NCBI GenBank assembly: GCA_964016885.1
Contig: OZ024749.1
Location: forward strand, 50,840,001 to 50,904,000
Length of the DNA: 64,000 nt
Direction of reading: 5' to 3'
Source of the DNA: Eledone cirrhosa
Lineage: Eukaryota
Shown: positions 45,473-59,510 of the stretch, one piece after another
Numbering within the stretch: the stretch's first letter is position 1
Layout of the letters: every line of letters starts with the position of its first letter
The notes under the pieces: model-generated
Database searches by the model: none
Told to the model about the DNA's origin: nothing
The model's input: the letters and a program-made list of their open reading frames with translations, nothing else
Translations under genes and position numbers: made by a program

Positions 45473-48237
45473 AAACAGAATCCCAATACGGAGTTAAACT
45501 CTCTGTTCTTTTGTCATTTTCAGATTATCTTCCTCTACCGAGCCTAAATGCCGAACAACTTAATGATTTCGTTCTTTTTCGTCTTGTAATTCCGTATGAT
45601 TTTGAAGCCTTTTTCTAACATAATTTGCTTCCTAAAATATTACTTTTATATTATGTGTCTTGCTTATATCATATTGTGTGTTTTTCTATATCAACATCAA
45701 TAAAATATGCCTAGTCAGTTTTCACGGCGTCATTAATTCGTGGTATTGTTCTCTGAATACTCAGATATTGCCAATCTAATGCAGACCTCTCTTTTGTTTA
45801 GCAACGTAGACAGATGCCCAGACCATTAGTCTGTTTCTATTCAGAGCGCACTAAAATACATTACTGTATCGTTTGCTTTTCATAACCTAACTCAGACGCA
45901 GAACCATAATGTAGTTACCTGTTTTATATTTGTATATATTTATGGTGGTCTGTTATCAAAGTATCATAAACAACTCTGCTTATGTGTTTGTGGTTGAACA
46001 GTTTGAGAGACCTTCGAATATAAATATATGATAGAGAGATATAAGCGTCAAGTGTCCTACACATGAAAACAAATCGTGTAATATAGGTTAAAATATGTAA
46101 TTAGATAATGTCTGAATACAAAATCAATGTGTCTCGCGTTCTGTTGTCATTAACACTGACACCATTGTCTCAGCTATCATAATCATGTATTGAAACGAAT
46201 TCGGACAGAGGCACAATGGCAAACGATAACATTAACTACTAGCAATCCGTTTCTCCTTCCATATAGGAATATAACAGTTTTATCTTTTCCAGACTACAGA
46301 ATACAATAAGGATACTATAACCACATTGTTCAAACTTTGATCTATTTCAATCTGACATATTCTTATGATCTTTTACTTCCATTTTATAGCATCATAATTC
46401 AATCATGTGTACGAGGCCTCTTTCTATACTGTCATTTACACAGATAAACTACTCAAAAAGCGGCCTTCTTTACGATACACATTTTTATTATTGAGTTGCA
46501 AGATTTTATTTCTCTTTCATTTATTATTATTTTTTTTTTTATTTTTACATTTAGGATTGGTGTTAATTCGTGTTATTATATTGTATTTCCTTTTTTCTCC
46601 CCATAACAAAGGGGATAATCCGATTGAAATATAGAGATATAAATTTCTTTTATAGACTTTATGACGATTGGTGTTTTGCCAGAAACACTTGTGTACCGAA
46701 CAATGATTACTTTGTTTTTCATATTGCGATTGCATAATATCAGAGGGAAAATTATGAAAATCAAACCCACCATGATTATTTATATATTAGTGTCGATATA
46801 ACCCATGATATTTCCAATGATTATGTATGATACTCGATATCTTTATAACAACATATACCTCATTTCATATGGAATTCATTGGCAGGTTTAAACACTTTGA
46901 TTATTTTATCCATTGCTATGAATCTTTATAACGTCAGTAAAACTAGAAGGATACACTAAATGTATTACAAATGTCTTAAAACTAATATTACATTTCTCCA
47001 TGTTTGGCTTACTAATTGTTATTGCTCCAATACATCAAATTATATAGTCTTAGCTAGAAATCTACATTCCCCAATGCAATATAATTTAATGCACATAGGT
47101 GCACTAGTGATTTGTATGTTGCATTCTCGGGTAGTTTTCGCAAGAAACTTTGGTTGTGGAGCATATTGAGTTAACTCAATACACAATTGATCTTCCCATA
47201 CAAACAATACGCATACAAACACATACAAACACACTCTGGCACATACTCATGCAGGAACATATATTTATGTCTGTATATATACGTGATTATGTTGGGTCCG
47301 TATATGTTTCATAGCGCCCGATGAAATTTAACTGCATAATGTTAATATTACAGTGTCATTTAACGCTGAGTTCGTTGCATAAAATCTAAAAGCTTCAACA
47401 CGAATTTACACTTAACAAGTAGGAAACTAACTCTAAATGCCCATTATTCAATAAATAGTCAGAATCAATTAACGCGATTTTCTTGAACGATTCTAAATAC
47501 ACACACGAGCGTAATGTTTAAGGTAATTTTATCCACTGGGCATAAACAATCGAAGATGACGGCATGAAGCAAACAGTAAAATTAAGTATAACACACTATC
47601 AACAAATTCAGCCACAATGCTTTAGGACATTCCTACAGTAAAATATTTCGAACAATGTTGAAGTGTCATGATATAATATGAATAAAGGAGTTTAAAAATA
47701 ATATCATATTTTACCGTATGAATATAAACGCTGGTAGGACAGTTTTTGAATATATTCCAAAATATTTAGGTACAGGCAACAAGTATAGCCTGAAAACAAA
47801 CGTTTATCTAAGATTAATTGGAACATTGTCTATAGGTTAATATATACAAATCAGATCATATGAGATGTAGGGCATTTTTTTTATTATGGCATGAATAAAT
47901 ATGAAGTACATTTCTATTCGACGCCAATATGGTATATATAGTGCAGCAAAACTTTAATTCACGGCATAATGACAGAAAATAACAATCGATTGGTTAATCG
48001 GATCTGTGTCGTATATGATATATAACATTATTCCACGGAAGAACCAAAACAATATGATATCAATATAAATATATAATCGTAAGAAACTATACTATCCATA
48101 CATTAATAGCTTGAATTTATTCAAGATAAATGGTTATCAATATTTTCATACACACTCGCACTATTCATGTCCACCAACATATCCATTGACAATTTATTAG
48201 TCATCAAGTGGGTATTAGTCAGCCTTGCGACCACCTA

Positions 48238-48283
48238 TATACACACACACACAAACACACACACATACACACACCCGCACACC

Positions 48284-48321
<38 letters not shown>

Positions 48322-48630
48322 AATACACCCATACACATACACCCACACACACGCCCACAGGCACATCCACACACACAAACACACACACACAAACACATAC
48401 ACACACACATACACACACACACACATACACACGCCCACAGGCACACCCACGCATACAAACACACATACACATACACACCCACACACACAAACCTACCCCC
48501 ACACACACAAATACAAACGCACACACACACACATACACACACATACACACGTCCACATGCACACATACACACACACACACAGACACACACACATACACGC
48601 ACACACACATACATACTCACACATACAAAC
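48238..48630. repeat. Degenerate (CA)n microsatellite
   Basis: Directly visible. Confidence 0.98.
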
Positions 48631-49420
48631 ATATGACAATTTTTAATATTTCAGAGGTTTATGTTGCTAATTAATCAGCACTTTCCGGTTTTCTTATTAG
48701 TTAGGCAACTAATCCTCTAATTTTACTTTTATAAATGGGTGTTTATGCAATTGTGATAGTTATTTCACATAGCCTTTTGTCACATAATTTGTAACTTTTT
48801 CAATGGCTAATTGTACGCCTTACATTTATTTTTTTCTATTGTATATTCTAATTCAGTCCTTTTTGTATCCGGCGAACATTATGATCTGAATGAATTGCTG
48901 TATGTCTAACTAATAGTTTCCGATGGCACATTACATTTTTTGACACTTCGGCGCTGAATTAATATGTGATTACCGGAATATCACCACGCCTGCTCTGTTC
49001 AAATAATTTTGTCAGCAGCCACAGGCTCTACTAAAACCCCCCACAATCTAAATCTCCTTAGATATGAATAAGACGTCGAGGACCACTTTAGCAAAATCAA
49101 TAATAGTAATCTTTCCGTTGATCTGACAGTTTGTGTTATGATTATCATAGATATGGTTTCCATACACCCATCAAACATTCATGAATTAGAGATAAGCATT
49201 TGGGAGATCCTCGAGTGAATAGATACATCCATCTACCAGAAGGTTAAGGTGAATATAGACAACCAAACCAAACGTTCGAACCACAGTCTATATGTCATAT
49301 CAAAGAGGTTTAGCTGGAAACTTGGAAAATTATAATACAAACCTTTAGACGTATATCGTAATGCACACTGTCGACGTAAATGGAATGAATTAATTCAAAG
49401 AAGAAAGATTTATCTATATG

Positions 49421-49473
<53 letters not shown>

Positions 49474-49485
<12 letters not shown>

Positions 49486-49706
49486 AAATAATGAATAAAA
49501 CAATAAAACAATAAAAAATAATGAATAAAACAATAAAACAATATTGTTTTATTCATTATTTTTTTAATATTTTATCTTGACTCTGTATTCCGTTTATCTT
49601 TCACCGAAAGTGATTTTTGAATGCATCTCTTCTTTCCATGATATCCGGATTACATTGAGTTCTTCATACGGATTGGACACTACCGTAAACTCTTGGTAGA
49701 TTTATC

Positions 49707-49710
<4 letters not shown>
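49474..49710 (+). mobile_element. AT-rich fold-back fragment with unique tail between (TA)n tracts
   Basis: aaaaaataatgaataaaacaata occurs twice, followed by its reverse complement tattgttttattcattattttttt. Confidence 0.5.
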
Positions 49711-49743
<33 letters not shown>

Positions 49744-49828
49744 GGGGGGGGGGAGTATGCACATATATATAATATATAAATATGCGTATATATACATATA
49801 TGTATATACGTATATATTTATAAATATG

Positions 49829-49914
<86 letters not shown>

Positions 49915-50033
49915 TACGAATACGGATACATACATATGAAAAATTATCATATTGCTTGAAGCAATATAATAAAGTGTGTGTGATGACATTCTTTTTTAGT
50001 ATTGTATTTACTGCAAACATATAAAGAACATTT

Positions 50034-50212
50034 TGGCAGTATAGGTAGAGAGTCGGACGCCATGCTTTCCAGCATAGTTACGTCCCTTTACGATCTGAGT
50101 TCAAATCCCGCTGAGGTTCACTTTGCCTTTCATCCTTACGGGGTCGATCAAATAAACTACAAATAATGTACTGGGTAATTGCTGGCCTTGTGCCCAAAGT
50201 AGAAACAGTTAT
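50034..50212 (+). mobile_element. tRNA-derived SINE
   Basis: Head, B box, core and tail all match the family. Confidence 0.9.
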
Positions 50213-50587
50213 TTTAAATGAAATATTCAGTATTGGGAATGATGATTTATGTATACAAAAACACAAACAAAAAGATAACATCAATTTATAAAAGAAGAAA
50301 CAGCAATAAGACTGACAAAATGGATACAACAAACTTATAACGAAAGACAACATATTGTAATTAAAATAGCGACACATGAAGAGAACCTAACATTTTTTCT
50401 GGTCTCATTAATCTTAATTATAATGGTCATTGATGTGACCTTAAAGAAAATATATCTTTCTTCACTTACCCACTTAATTATTGTCAGAGCTCACTTTCCC
50501 TCTAACAGGAAACACCTCGTTGAAGGAATCTTCTAGTTCATACTATTGTCTAGTTCATACTATTGTCTCAAACAGTGTCTATTGAAA

Positions 50588-50778
50588 ATAACTGTTTCTA
50601 CTGTTGGCACAAGGCCAGCAATTACTCAGTGCATTACTGGTACTTTATTTTATCGAGCCCGTAAGGATGAAAGGCAAAGTTAACCTCGGCGGGATATGAA
50701 CTCAGATCATAAAGGACCGTAACTCTTTGCTGCAAAACATGTCGTCCGACCCTCTACCGATACTGCCAATCCACCGCC
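50588..50778 (-). mobile_element. tRNA-derived SINE, full length, perfect TSD
   Basis: TSD agtgtctattgaaaataac at 50574-50592 and 50779-50797. Confidence 0.93.
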
Positions 50779-51961
50779 AGTGTCTATTGAAAATAACATT
50801 GGAATATATGAAGTAGTCGTCATCATATGAACATTCTTGAAGGGGTCTTATCTTAGTGTTTAACCTAAAATTTGAAGCGTATTAGTGAATAAACATCTTC
50901 CCAATGAGATTCTGAATCAAATGTGCAAAATAATATGAAATAATAGAGTGAGAAAATATGATCAATAAGCAATATCCAGCGAATGGAATAAAGTAGTTTA
51001 TATAGATTCAGAATGTGTACTTTTGAAATTTGAATGGCTGAGAGTTGATGGCTTGAATTGATCTTTATCATATATGCGTCTGTATGATTGTATGTTTTTA
51101 ATTTTATATAACAAATATTATCCATGACATTTCTTTTCTACATAAAATATAACATTATCATTCTTTTTGTTCAATAATTATATTTCGAAGTTATCATATG
51201 TTCAACTAATTTTTATCTATTTTTTAGAGCCTAATCATTTCAGAGCTGTCTATGTTAGATATGAGACCTAAAGATTATAATTTAATACACGATGATTTGA
51301 CTACAAATCTAATTGAGGTTATGTGACAAGTGGGATTTCACTCAAACCAGGTGAGATAATGGATATACATTTTTTATTTCCTACAAATGCTGTCAAATGT
51401 AAAATATATATAAAATAGAGTCGTTTCTGGTGAATATATATGAAGTGAAAATGACAATTTTCCGAATGGATTCTCACAGACGTAATAATACAACGCCTGA
51501 AATATTAGAAATAACTTGAACCCAATTATATTTTATATATTCATAGGTGTGCATACGGTATATTACTGATCGATAGAAACCATGTTGAATTCAATCTAAA
51601 ATAATATCCTAATGGAGTTAATGTTAGTGATTATTTCAGTCATAGATTTTTGTCTTCCCAGAGCTGATAGTCATCATCACCATACTTTTGTTTGTGGATT
51701 TGTTAAGAACCGTTAGCTCATTATTGAACTGGAATACGGATGTTCGCGACAATTAATCAATTCTCCATAAATGGTAAGCAACTTTTCAGGTTAAACATTT
51801 TTTTACTATATATTAGATAAACACAAAGAAGAATATACAAATATCCTAATAAGGCTTGTATAAAAACGAAGATATACTAAGAGTTTACTAACTGATTACT
51901 TTAATTCAAACGCATGGCATTACTGTTTAGAAACAGTAATGATCAATATATATTGATATAT

Positions 51962-52143
51962 GCGGTGGATTGGCAGTATTGGTAAAGGGTGGGACGCCAT
52001 GCTTTGACGCATTGAGTTACGACTGTTGCCATTCCGAGTTCAAATCCGGCCGAGGTTAACTTTGCCTTTCATCCTTACGGGGTCGATAAAATAAAGTACC
52101 AGTAATACACTGGGTAATTGCTGGCCTTGTGCCAAAAGAAGAA
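51962..52143 (+). mobile_element. tRNA-derived SINE
   Basis: gcggtggattggcagtattgg..gagttcaaatcc..core. Confidence 0.9.
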
Positions 52144-52339
52144 CTGGAAAATTATCAAATGAGATTCGGCATTTCGTACAAGGATAATTGGTCTCTGAGC
52201 AATGATGGTGTTAATTACCTACATATCATAAAGGATTAGGTGAAACTAATGTCCTTTTCTTTTGAATAATATAGGCTAAATAATCCAATATTAATATGTA
52301 CACGTACATACATATATGTATACAGACGTACAGTGTATG

Positions 52340-52379
<40 letters not shown>

Positions 52380-52383
52380 CATG

Positions 52384-52453
<70 letters not shown>

Positions 52454-54430
52454 TGTACGTATGGATTCACAGAACATATATTATAATGCTCGGTATGTTT
52501 GTAAACAAATCCAATATTACTTTCTATTTCAAGGTAACAAACGTAAGTGTTAATGTATATATAGCATATCATGGAACAATATATGAGAGTTCATTTGAAT
52601 CCTTTATAATTACGTATACGGTATATAGTATATGCTTGGTAGGGTGTTTCGGCCTCGAGGAATGAGAGAAAATCAATCATTAGTTTTAAATTCAAATCAC
52701 ATATAGTCACATACTCGTTATTTGACACCGAAAAGAACACCAATTGACAGTATGCTGAATGACTATAAGCACGCATATGTTTATATATATATATATGGCT
52801 ATATATGTATATATGATTATACATACGCACAACCACATACAGCCACACACACACGTACACACACACATATATAGAGAGATATGTATACTCATACACACAT
52901 ATATAACCGAATAAACATATGCACCCGACGTGTATAATCACGTATGTATACATATATATATACATACACATTTTTTGTATTAGTGTGTATATCCATGCGT
53001 GTGTACGCCTCGTCATGTTTAGTAAAATTGTGAATGTATGCATTTACACGACCGCGTGCCGCATTTAAAAACCAATACCTGTTCAAATCAGTAAAATATA
53101 TATTATTTCTGCTAGAAAATACACATTGCTTCTATGAATTATTTTCTTCTTCACCCCCAGTATTACGACATGAAAGGACATTACGTTTTTCCTTGAATAT
53201 TTATAGATATGTTTCTTTGTTTCCTTCCCTAAATTGGAGCGCGCTCTAGTTAAATTATTTCTATTCCATGCATGGAGATATATCTTGTTGTGCAGTAACT
53301 CTTTGTGTGTCTGAATCATCAAATAGACTCCCTCTTGTCCACCTTGTGTATTTTTTTGTTGATACATTGTATACTCGGTAATATGCTCTCTAATGTGTTC
53401 TTCAAATAATATTATGAAATATGTGACAGATTCTAACACCATTGAACAAAAAATATATATCCGTCTTCGATTAAATATATCTGGTTATCCGATCATCAGG
53501 AAACGATGCATTTCTACTGCATCTCTACTGAAACCAATTTGTGTAAATATGAACTATATTTTTCTCTAACATAATGTGGCGGCAACTATCTAACTAAAAT
53601 AACGCCATTGCTCGTATAAAAACATACTACTATTCATCGTTGGTAATTAAATGTTTATTAAAATGATATAAATGTCGGCGACATATATTTCTTTGAAATC
53701 TCGATAAACGAAGAGATGTTTTCAACAAATTGATTGCTCTAGCCTAAATTACACAGAGAAATTAAATGAACACGAAACCATAAACATATATAAATTACTG
53801 ATTCAGTCTTCGTTATTGAAACATTTTTTGTGGGTTTTCATTTTAATAATGTTTCCAGACATTAATCTATTTTAGTTGTTAGCAGATCGTAAAATACTGT
53901 AAAATATCATAAAACTACATTCAGGTTTGTGTGTCTTTCTGCAAATATAAAGTTAAATCAAATTGGGTAACTAGAACAGAAAGGCCAGCATACGAAAATG
54001 TGTTAAAAGCTTTTGCTTGGATAGAGTATGGTGCAGAGAGTGAAATATTATTGAAGAATAATTTAAAAACATAGTTTAAAATTAATATAAAAGTACAGAA
54101 ATTATATTCAGAGTATCACAAACAATCAAAGCAGAAAACATCTATGGTTTAAAAGAAAACAACATCTATGGTTTAAAAGAAAATTGAACGAAAATTATGA
54201 ACACAAAATCATATAGTTACAAGGCATCTTGTGCTTCTAAATAATAAATATTTCGATTTTCTCTATAGAGTTGTTGCAACAAATAATATTTCTACATGCA
54301 TGAAATTTTCAATTTAGAAATTCTGTATCGACGCTGTTAATACAGCAAAATCAAACACATCTTATAGAAAATTGCCTATACCTTCATACACAGATACAAG
54401 GAAAATATTCGTTACTTGTCATTATATATA

Positions 54431-54534
54431 TCCGCCGAGGTTAACTTTGCCTTTCATCCTTATGGGGTCGATAAAATAAAGTACCAGTAATACACTGAGT
54501 AATTACTGGCATTGTGCCAAAAGTAGAAACAGTT
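54431..54534 (+). mobile_element. SINE 3' half
   Basis: Core and tail only. Confidence 0.85.
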
Positions 54535-54559
54535 GTATATATATATGTATATATATATA

Positions 54560-54766
<207 letters not shown>

Positions 54767-55067
54767 TTATATACATATATGTAAAAGGTAAACAGAAATA
54801 TCAACACAGTCGGTACAGTATATGGAAGGGATATATTAGGTTAACGCTTGATATACAAGAGTGATAAATAAGATAGATGTGTGTGTGTGTATGTGTGTGT
54901 ATGTGTGTATGCTTGTATGTGTGTGTGTTTATGTGTGTGTGTGTGGATGTGTATATGTATGTGTGTGTGTAACAAGCAAATGAAATAGTACATTGAATAA
55001 ATATAATAGTTTAACGCTTGTGATAGTAGGAAAATGTGTATACTCTATATTATACACAAACATATAA

Positions 55068-55117
<50 letters not shown>

Positions 55118-55229
55118 GTGTGTATACATATGTATATATTTATGTATATATATATGTACATATATATATATGTATATGTATGTATATATATATGCAAAAG
55201 TTCTATCCGACAGTAATGGTTGCATTTTT

Positions 55230-55376
55230 TAAGGGTATGTCAATATTTATTTATAAAACTGATCTATATTGTATTTTGTATGATGAAAGCACACCATAAT
55301 TTAACGTGGTGTCCTTGAAATATGTATAATAACATAAATATGGTTTTATAAATATAGTTTCCATTTGTTAATATCG
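55230..55376 (+). mobile_element. Family C copy with degenerate HHR (55280-55320)
   Basis: aTGATGA aag cacaccat..gtggtgt cctt GAAAtatgtata, followed by the family C tail. Confidence 0.65.
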
Positions 55377-55392
55377 TATATATATATATATA

Positions 55393-55854
55393 TAAAATAA
55401 AGTTAAATAAAAGTCAAATGATTAAAATTTAGCTTCGTTTATTACTGCTATATATATTTCAGTGACAGCCATCTTTGGCTGTGACCTCTTCAGGCAGTTT
55501 GAATTAGTATGGTATAGACAAGTACATATGTTGTTTAGGTGTATGATATTGTCAATACTCTGATATGCCCAGCAAGGAACTGGGCATATCAGAGTATTGA
55601 CAATATCATACACCTAAACAACATATGTACTTGTCTATACCATACTAATTCAAACTGCCTGAAGAGGTCACAGCCAAAGATGGCTGTCACTGAAATATAT
55701 ATAGCAGTAATAAACGAAGCTAAATTTTAATCATTTGACTTTTATTTAACTTTATTTTACACTACTCCGGAGTAACCAAACCAACCTGCGCACTTCGTCG
55801 AGTGCTCCAGCCTGCATACTGAGGTGTTGGTATACAACCAACATAAACTCAAAA

Positions 55855-55855
<1 letters not shown>
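55393..55855 (+). mobile_element. Family E fold-back HHR element (180-bp arms, 7-nt loop, tail)
   Basis: Arms 55393-55572 and 55580-55759 appear perfect; mirrored ORFs 55422..55613(-) and 55539..55730(+) confirm this. (TA)n flanks. Confidence 0.9.
55654..55708 (+). ncRNA. Type I hammerhead ribozyme (mirror copy on - strand at 55444-55498)
   Basis: actgc CTGAAGA ggtcacagcca aaga tggctgtcact GAA ATATATAT A gcagt. Confidence 0.9.
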
Positions 55856-55887
<32 letters not shown>

Positions 55888-55992
55888 CATCGGAAGAAAG
55901 AATACTGCGTGGTTGCACATGGGTTACACATGATAAAAATAGTCCTTCGTCAGTGATTGTCCAACCTTCATTGGTATTTCATCGCTTTAAAA

Positions 55993-56027
<35 letters not shown>

Positions 56028-56396
56028 TCTTGGGAGTTGATGGTCAGTCGTACTGTCCATGCTTGGTGAGATATAGTATTGTGACCTGTAAAAACTAACA
56101 CTCTTACATCCCCTCTGGCTTTCGGCTGACTGCCACAGGCGGGACGGGTAGCAGTAAACTATGGTACAGGCCTAAATGGGTCATTGTTTGGCTGAGAGGC
56201 CGAACTGACTAAGCGAATTTCGTTGAAATCTCGGTAGCTAATGGTCAACTTCCTTCGGACATACGCCTACGCACACCGGTTGGGTGAATTGGTACTCACA
56301 GGGGAACGGATGAAGAACCGAAAAGCACACACTTCGTCCGTTCCCATGTCGCTTCAACTTGGAATGCCTCGGAAACATAACCTTATTATGTAACAA

Positions 56397-56470
56397 GCTG
56401 CCTGATGATGTCACGACCCACGCACACAGAACAGTGTGGCCAGTGTCTTCATTGAAATATATATCACAGC
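56397..56470 (+). ncRNA. Type I hammerhead ribozyme motif
   Basis: gctgc CTGATGA tg..catt GAA ATATATAT C acagc. Confidence 0.7.
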
Positions 56471-56532
56471 ATTATTATTAAAGGACTATAAAGGACATCT
56501 GAAACTACTTCACTTTTACTTATTCGATTCTC

Positions 56533-56567
<35 letters not shown>

Positions 56568-56571
<4 letters not shown>

Positions 56572-57079
56572 GACGTAAAATAAGAAAATTATAAAAATTT
56601 ACCTACTTACTAAAATTTCACTCCAACTAATTAGTTTCTGAAAGGGAATAAACATGGTTTCCGATTGGAACTACATGAAGAAATATCCTTTCGTCATCAG
56701 GGAGATCTGTTCTCACCTAAGTTCCCAGGCAAAGCGTGGACACAAGGAACTTATACAAAAATAATTCAGTGGATGGAAAAAAGCAAGCGAGGACTAGATT
56801 CCAGGACATTGAACAAATCACTGCCTACTTAGTCGGTGGCGAATTCAAAAGAATCAATCACGTGACATCGAGGTCAATCAGTGAGGAGTGAGGGTGCTAA
56901 TAAGACAGTGGCCTGGCTATTACTATGAAGCATAGCAGTAGTGTTGGCAAATTCTTGCTCAACAAAATAATTTGGAGATAATTATAAAGAATTATTATAT
57001 CTACCAACATATATATACAGATGTATACCTATTCTAGCATCGGTATACATCTGTATATATATGTTGGTAGATATACTAA

Positions 57080-57087
<8 letters not shown>
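56568..57087 (-). mobile_element. Family F element with HHR (56620-56705, - strand) and terminal fold-back (~56985-57087)
   Basis: Minus strand: ctcc CTGATGA cgaaagg..cctttca GAAACTAATTAGTT ggag. Hairpin tatctaccaacatatatatacagatgtatacc / ggtatacatctgtatatatatgttggtagata. Confidence 0.82.
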
Positions 57088-57132
<45 letters not shown>

Positions 57133-57136
<4 letters not shown>

Positions 57137-57350
57137 GGAGGTGAGTGTTATTGTAGTACAATAAAGCAATGCAGATATCGGATGTTGATTTAAAACTGAA
57201 CTATCCACAAGTGTTTTTTAAACTTCATATCATGTCTTCCTGTTTTATCTGATGAAAACACAAATATTATTGCATGATGATATTTGTTTTTGAAATGCGC
57301 ATAATAAAATACATGGAACTCTTTTAACCATCTTTTGTTCTTATATATTA
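57133..57350 (+). mobile_element. Family B copy: inverted tail (57133-57183) joined to an HHR segment (HHR 57243-57309)
   Basis: ttttat CTGATGA..GAAATGCGCATAataaaa, nearly identical to the 33.6-kb copy. Confidence 0.85.
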
Positions 57351-57498
57351 TATATATACATATAAATTTAGCGAGAATCGCATTTCGGCGGGCATAAATT
57401 ACCGAAACGCAACTTTCATATTGTGCAGACAAGCGCTCCATGGATATGAAGAAGATACCAGAGCTATAAACGTAAGTTAAAATGGTAACGCTGAGACG

Positions 57499-57627
<129 letters not shown>

Positions 57628-57995
57628 GCATGTGTGTGTGGTGTGTCCTGTATAACGTGAATCATGGTGATCATGAGTACTGTTGTTTATGTTGGTGCCA
57701 TCTTAATTTTCATCAGTGTTATATTTGTTGATATGTAGAATCATTCACCGATGTCTTGTAGTACCGTGGCTCTTGGCAGACACGCTTCTAAATATTTGAG
57801 TATGTATAATTACATTGGGATTTTATGCACATACATCCTCAAACTCAAACACGCATGCATATATACATACATATATATATACATATATATAAATATATAT
57901 ATATATATACATACACACATATATATATATTTATATATTTATATGTTTATATATATATATATATATATATATGTTTATATATATAAATATATGTG

Positions 57996-58042
<47 letters not shown>

Positions 58043-58092
58043 TAGGTTAAAGTTGGAGAAAATAATTGCTATATATATATGTAAATATATGT

Positions 58093-58138
<46 letters not shown>

Positions 58139-58176
58139 TAGCGAGGTTTTTTATATGAAATCGTGTGTCGAAACAA

Positions 58177-59509
58177 ATATTGTTATACTTGGGGAGGGTC
58201 ATATTTGTGTAATATTGCCAGAATTAATAACAGAACACACTCACTGTTTGGTTGGTTTTCGCTTCTCGCTGTCTTTTATATCTGCGATCTAACTTACTCG
58301 GTCCTCATGTTGCCATTGACTGACCGACGGTCAAAAATAATACAGATACAATATAGACACAAACACATATATATAGTTTACATAATTTACATAAATATTG
58401 CACATCTGCAACATCGTCAGTGGTGTTATATTTTTTCCTCCTGTTGTGTTGTATGTATATGCCATTTTTTATTCAGGCTGTCTATATATTTATTTATTTA
58501 TTTGCTTGTTTGTTTATTTTATTTTGTCTTCTTTGCGCATGCGTTTGCGTGTGTGTATAGTGTTATGTTTGCTGTGTGACTAGTGTGTATAGTGTTGTGT
58601 CTGCTGGGTGACTAGTGTGTGTTTATGTGCTTGTTGTTATTGTGCTTGCTATTTATCTTATTTTGTTGTTATTTATCTTATTTTATTTTATTTTATTTTA
58701 TTATTTATACTTCTCTTAGGTTAGTGTTGTTTGTTTGGGTGTTGTTGTTGTTCCACTCATTCTTTCTGTTTAGCTTTGGTCTTCTAATTTCTATTTCACT
58801 GGCCTCTCTGATTTGCCTATCTGCTGGGTCATTCCTATGTTTAGATATTCTAATTTCTATGTTGTCTATGTTACCGTCATGTTGTTGTTAGATATTATTC
58901 TAATTTCTATGTTGTCTATGTTACCGTCATGTTGTTGTCTAGCTTGTTCGTATAGTACTGACCCGTTTTTTCGTCCTTTTAGTTCCCCCCGGTGATGGTC
59001 TACCCTTTCACCTATGCTACGAGCTGTCTCACCTATGTATGTTGTTGTCATGTTTCTGCAAGTACCCTCTGTACATCTTATGCTATAGACTACGTTTCTA
59101 GTTTTACAGTTTATCCGAGGGTTCACCTTACATATGATATATTTCCTATTAGTACAGTGGGTTTTCTTAAAAGGGTAGGTTTTGCTGATCAGGGATTTTA
59201 TGGTGGTTCCTGGCTTTTCTACCACCTTTATTTTTAAGTGGGTCTTTCTCGGGGCCTTTCTACACTGGTTAGCTAATTTCCCTCCAGGGGCGGCGTCCAC
59301 ACACATGACACTCTGATATCTCTGGTTGTCGTACCATGATGTGGCCTTCCCTATCTTATGTCTAGCCCTATCTAAGCTATTCCATGATTTGCTCCTGTAT
59401 AATGGGCAAATTCCTTTCATGTCTAGTTCTATGAGGGTCTTATACTTCTCCATGGCTCCTTCGTATACTCTGACTCTGTCTGTTGGTTGTAGCCAGAGAA
59501 CTGCATGCG
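58177..59509 (-). repeat. Inverted duplicate arm of the PLE (RT thumb, GIY-YIG, 3' UTR)
   Basis: ORF 58866..59603(-) repeats the DRVRVYEGAME...YIGETARS peptide of ORF 60083..60787(+). Near identity continues through the UTR. This arm has a private ~50-bp tandem duplication at ~58840-58935. Confidence 0.95.
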
Positions 59510-59510
59510 T

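Noticed and set aside
49030-49320. Possible Tc1 transposase C-terminal relic
   Set aside because: Only vague motif resemblance with many frameshifts; needs BLASTX.
55422-55730. Mirrored 63-aa ORF pair
   Set aside because: By-product of the perfect inverted repeat.
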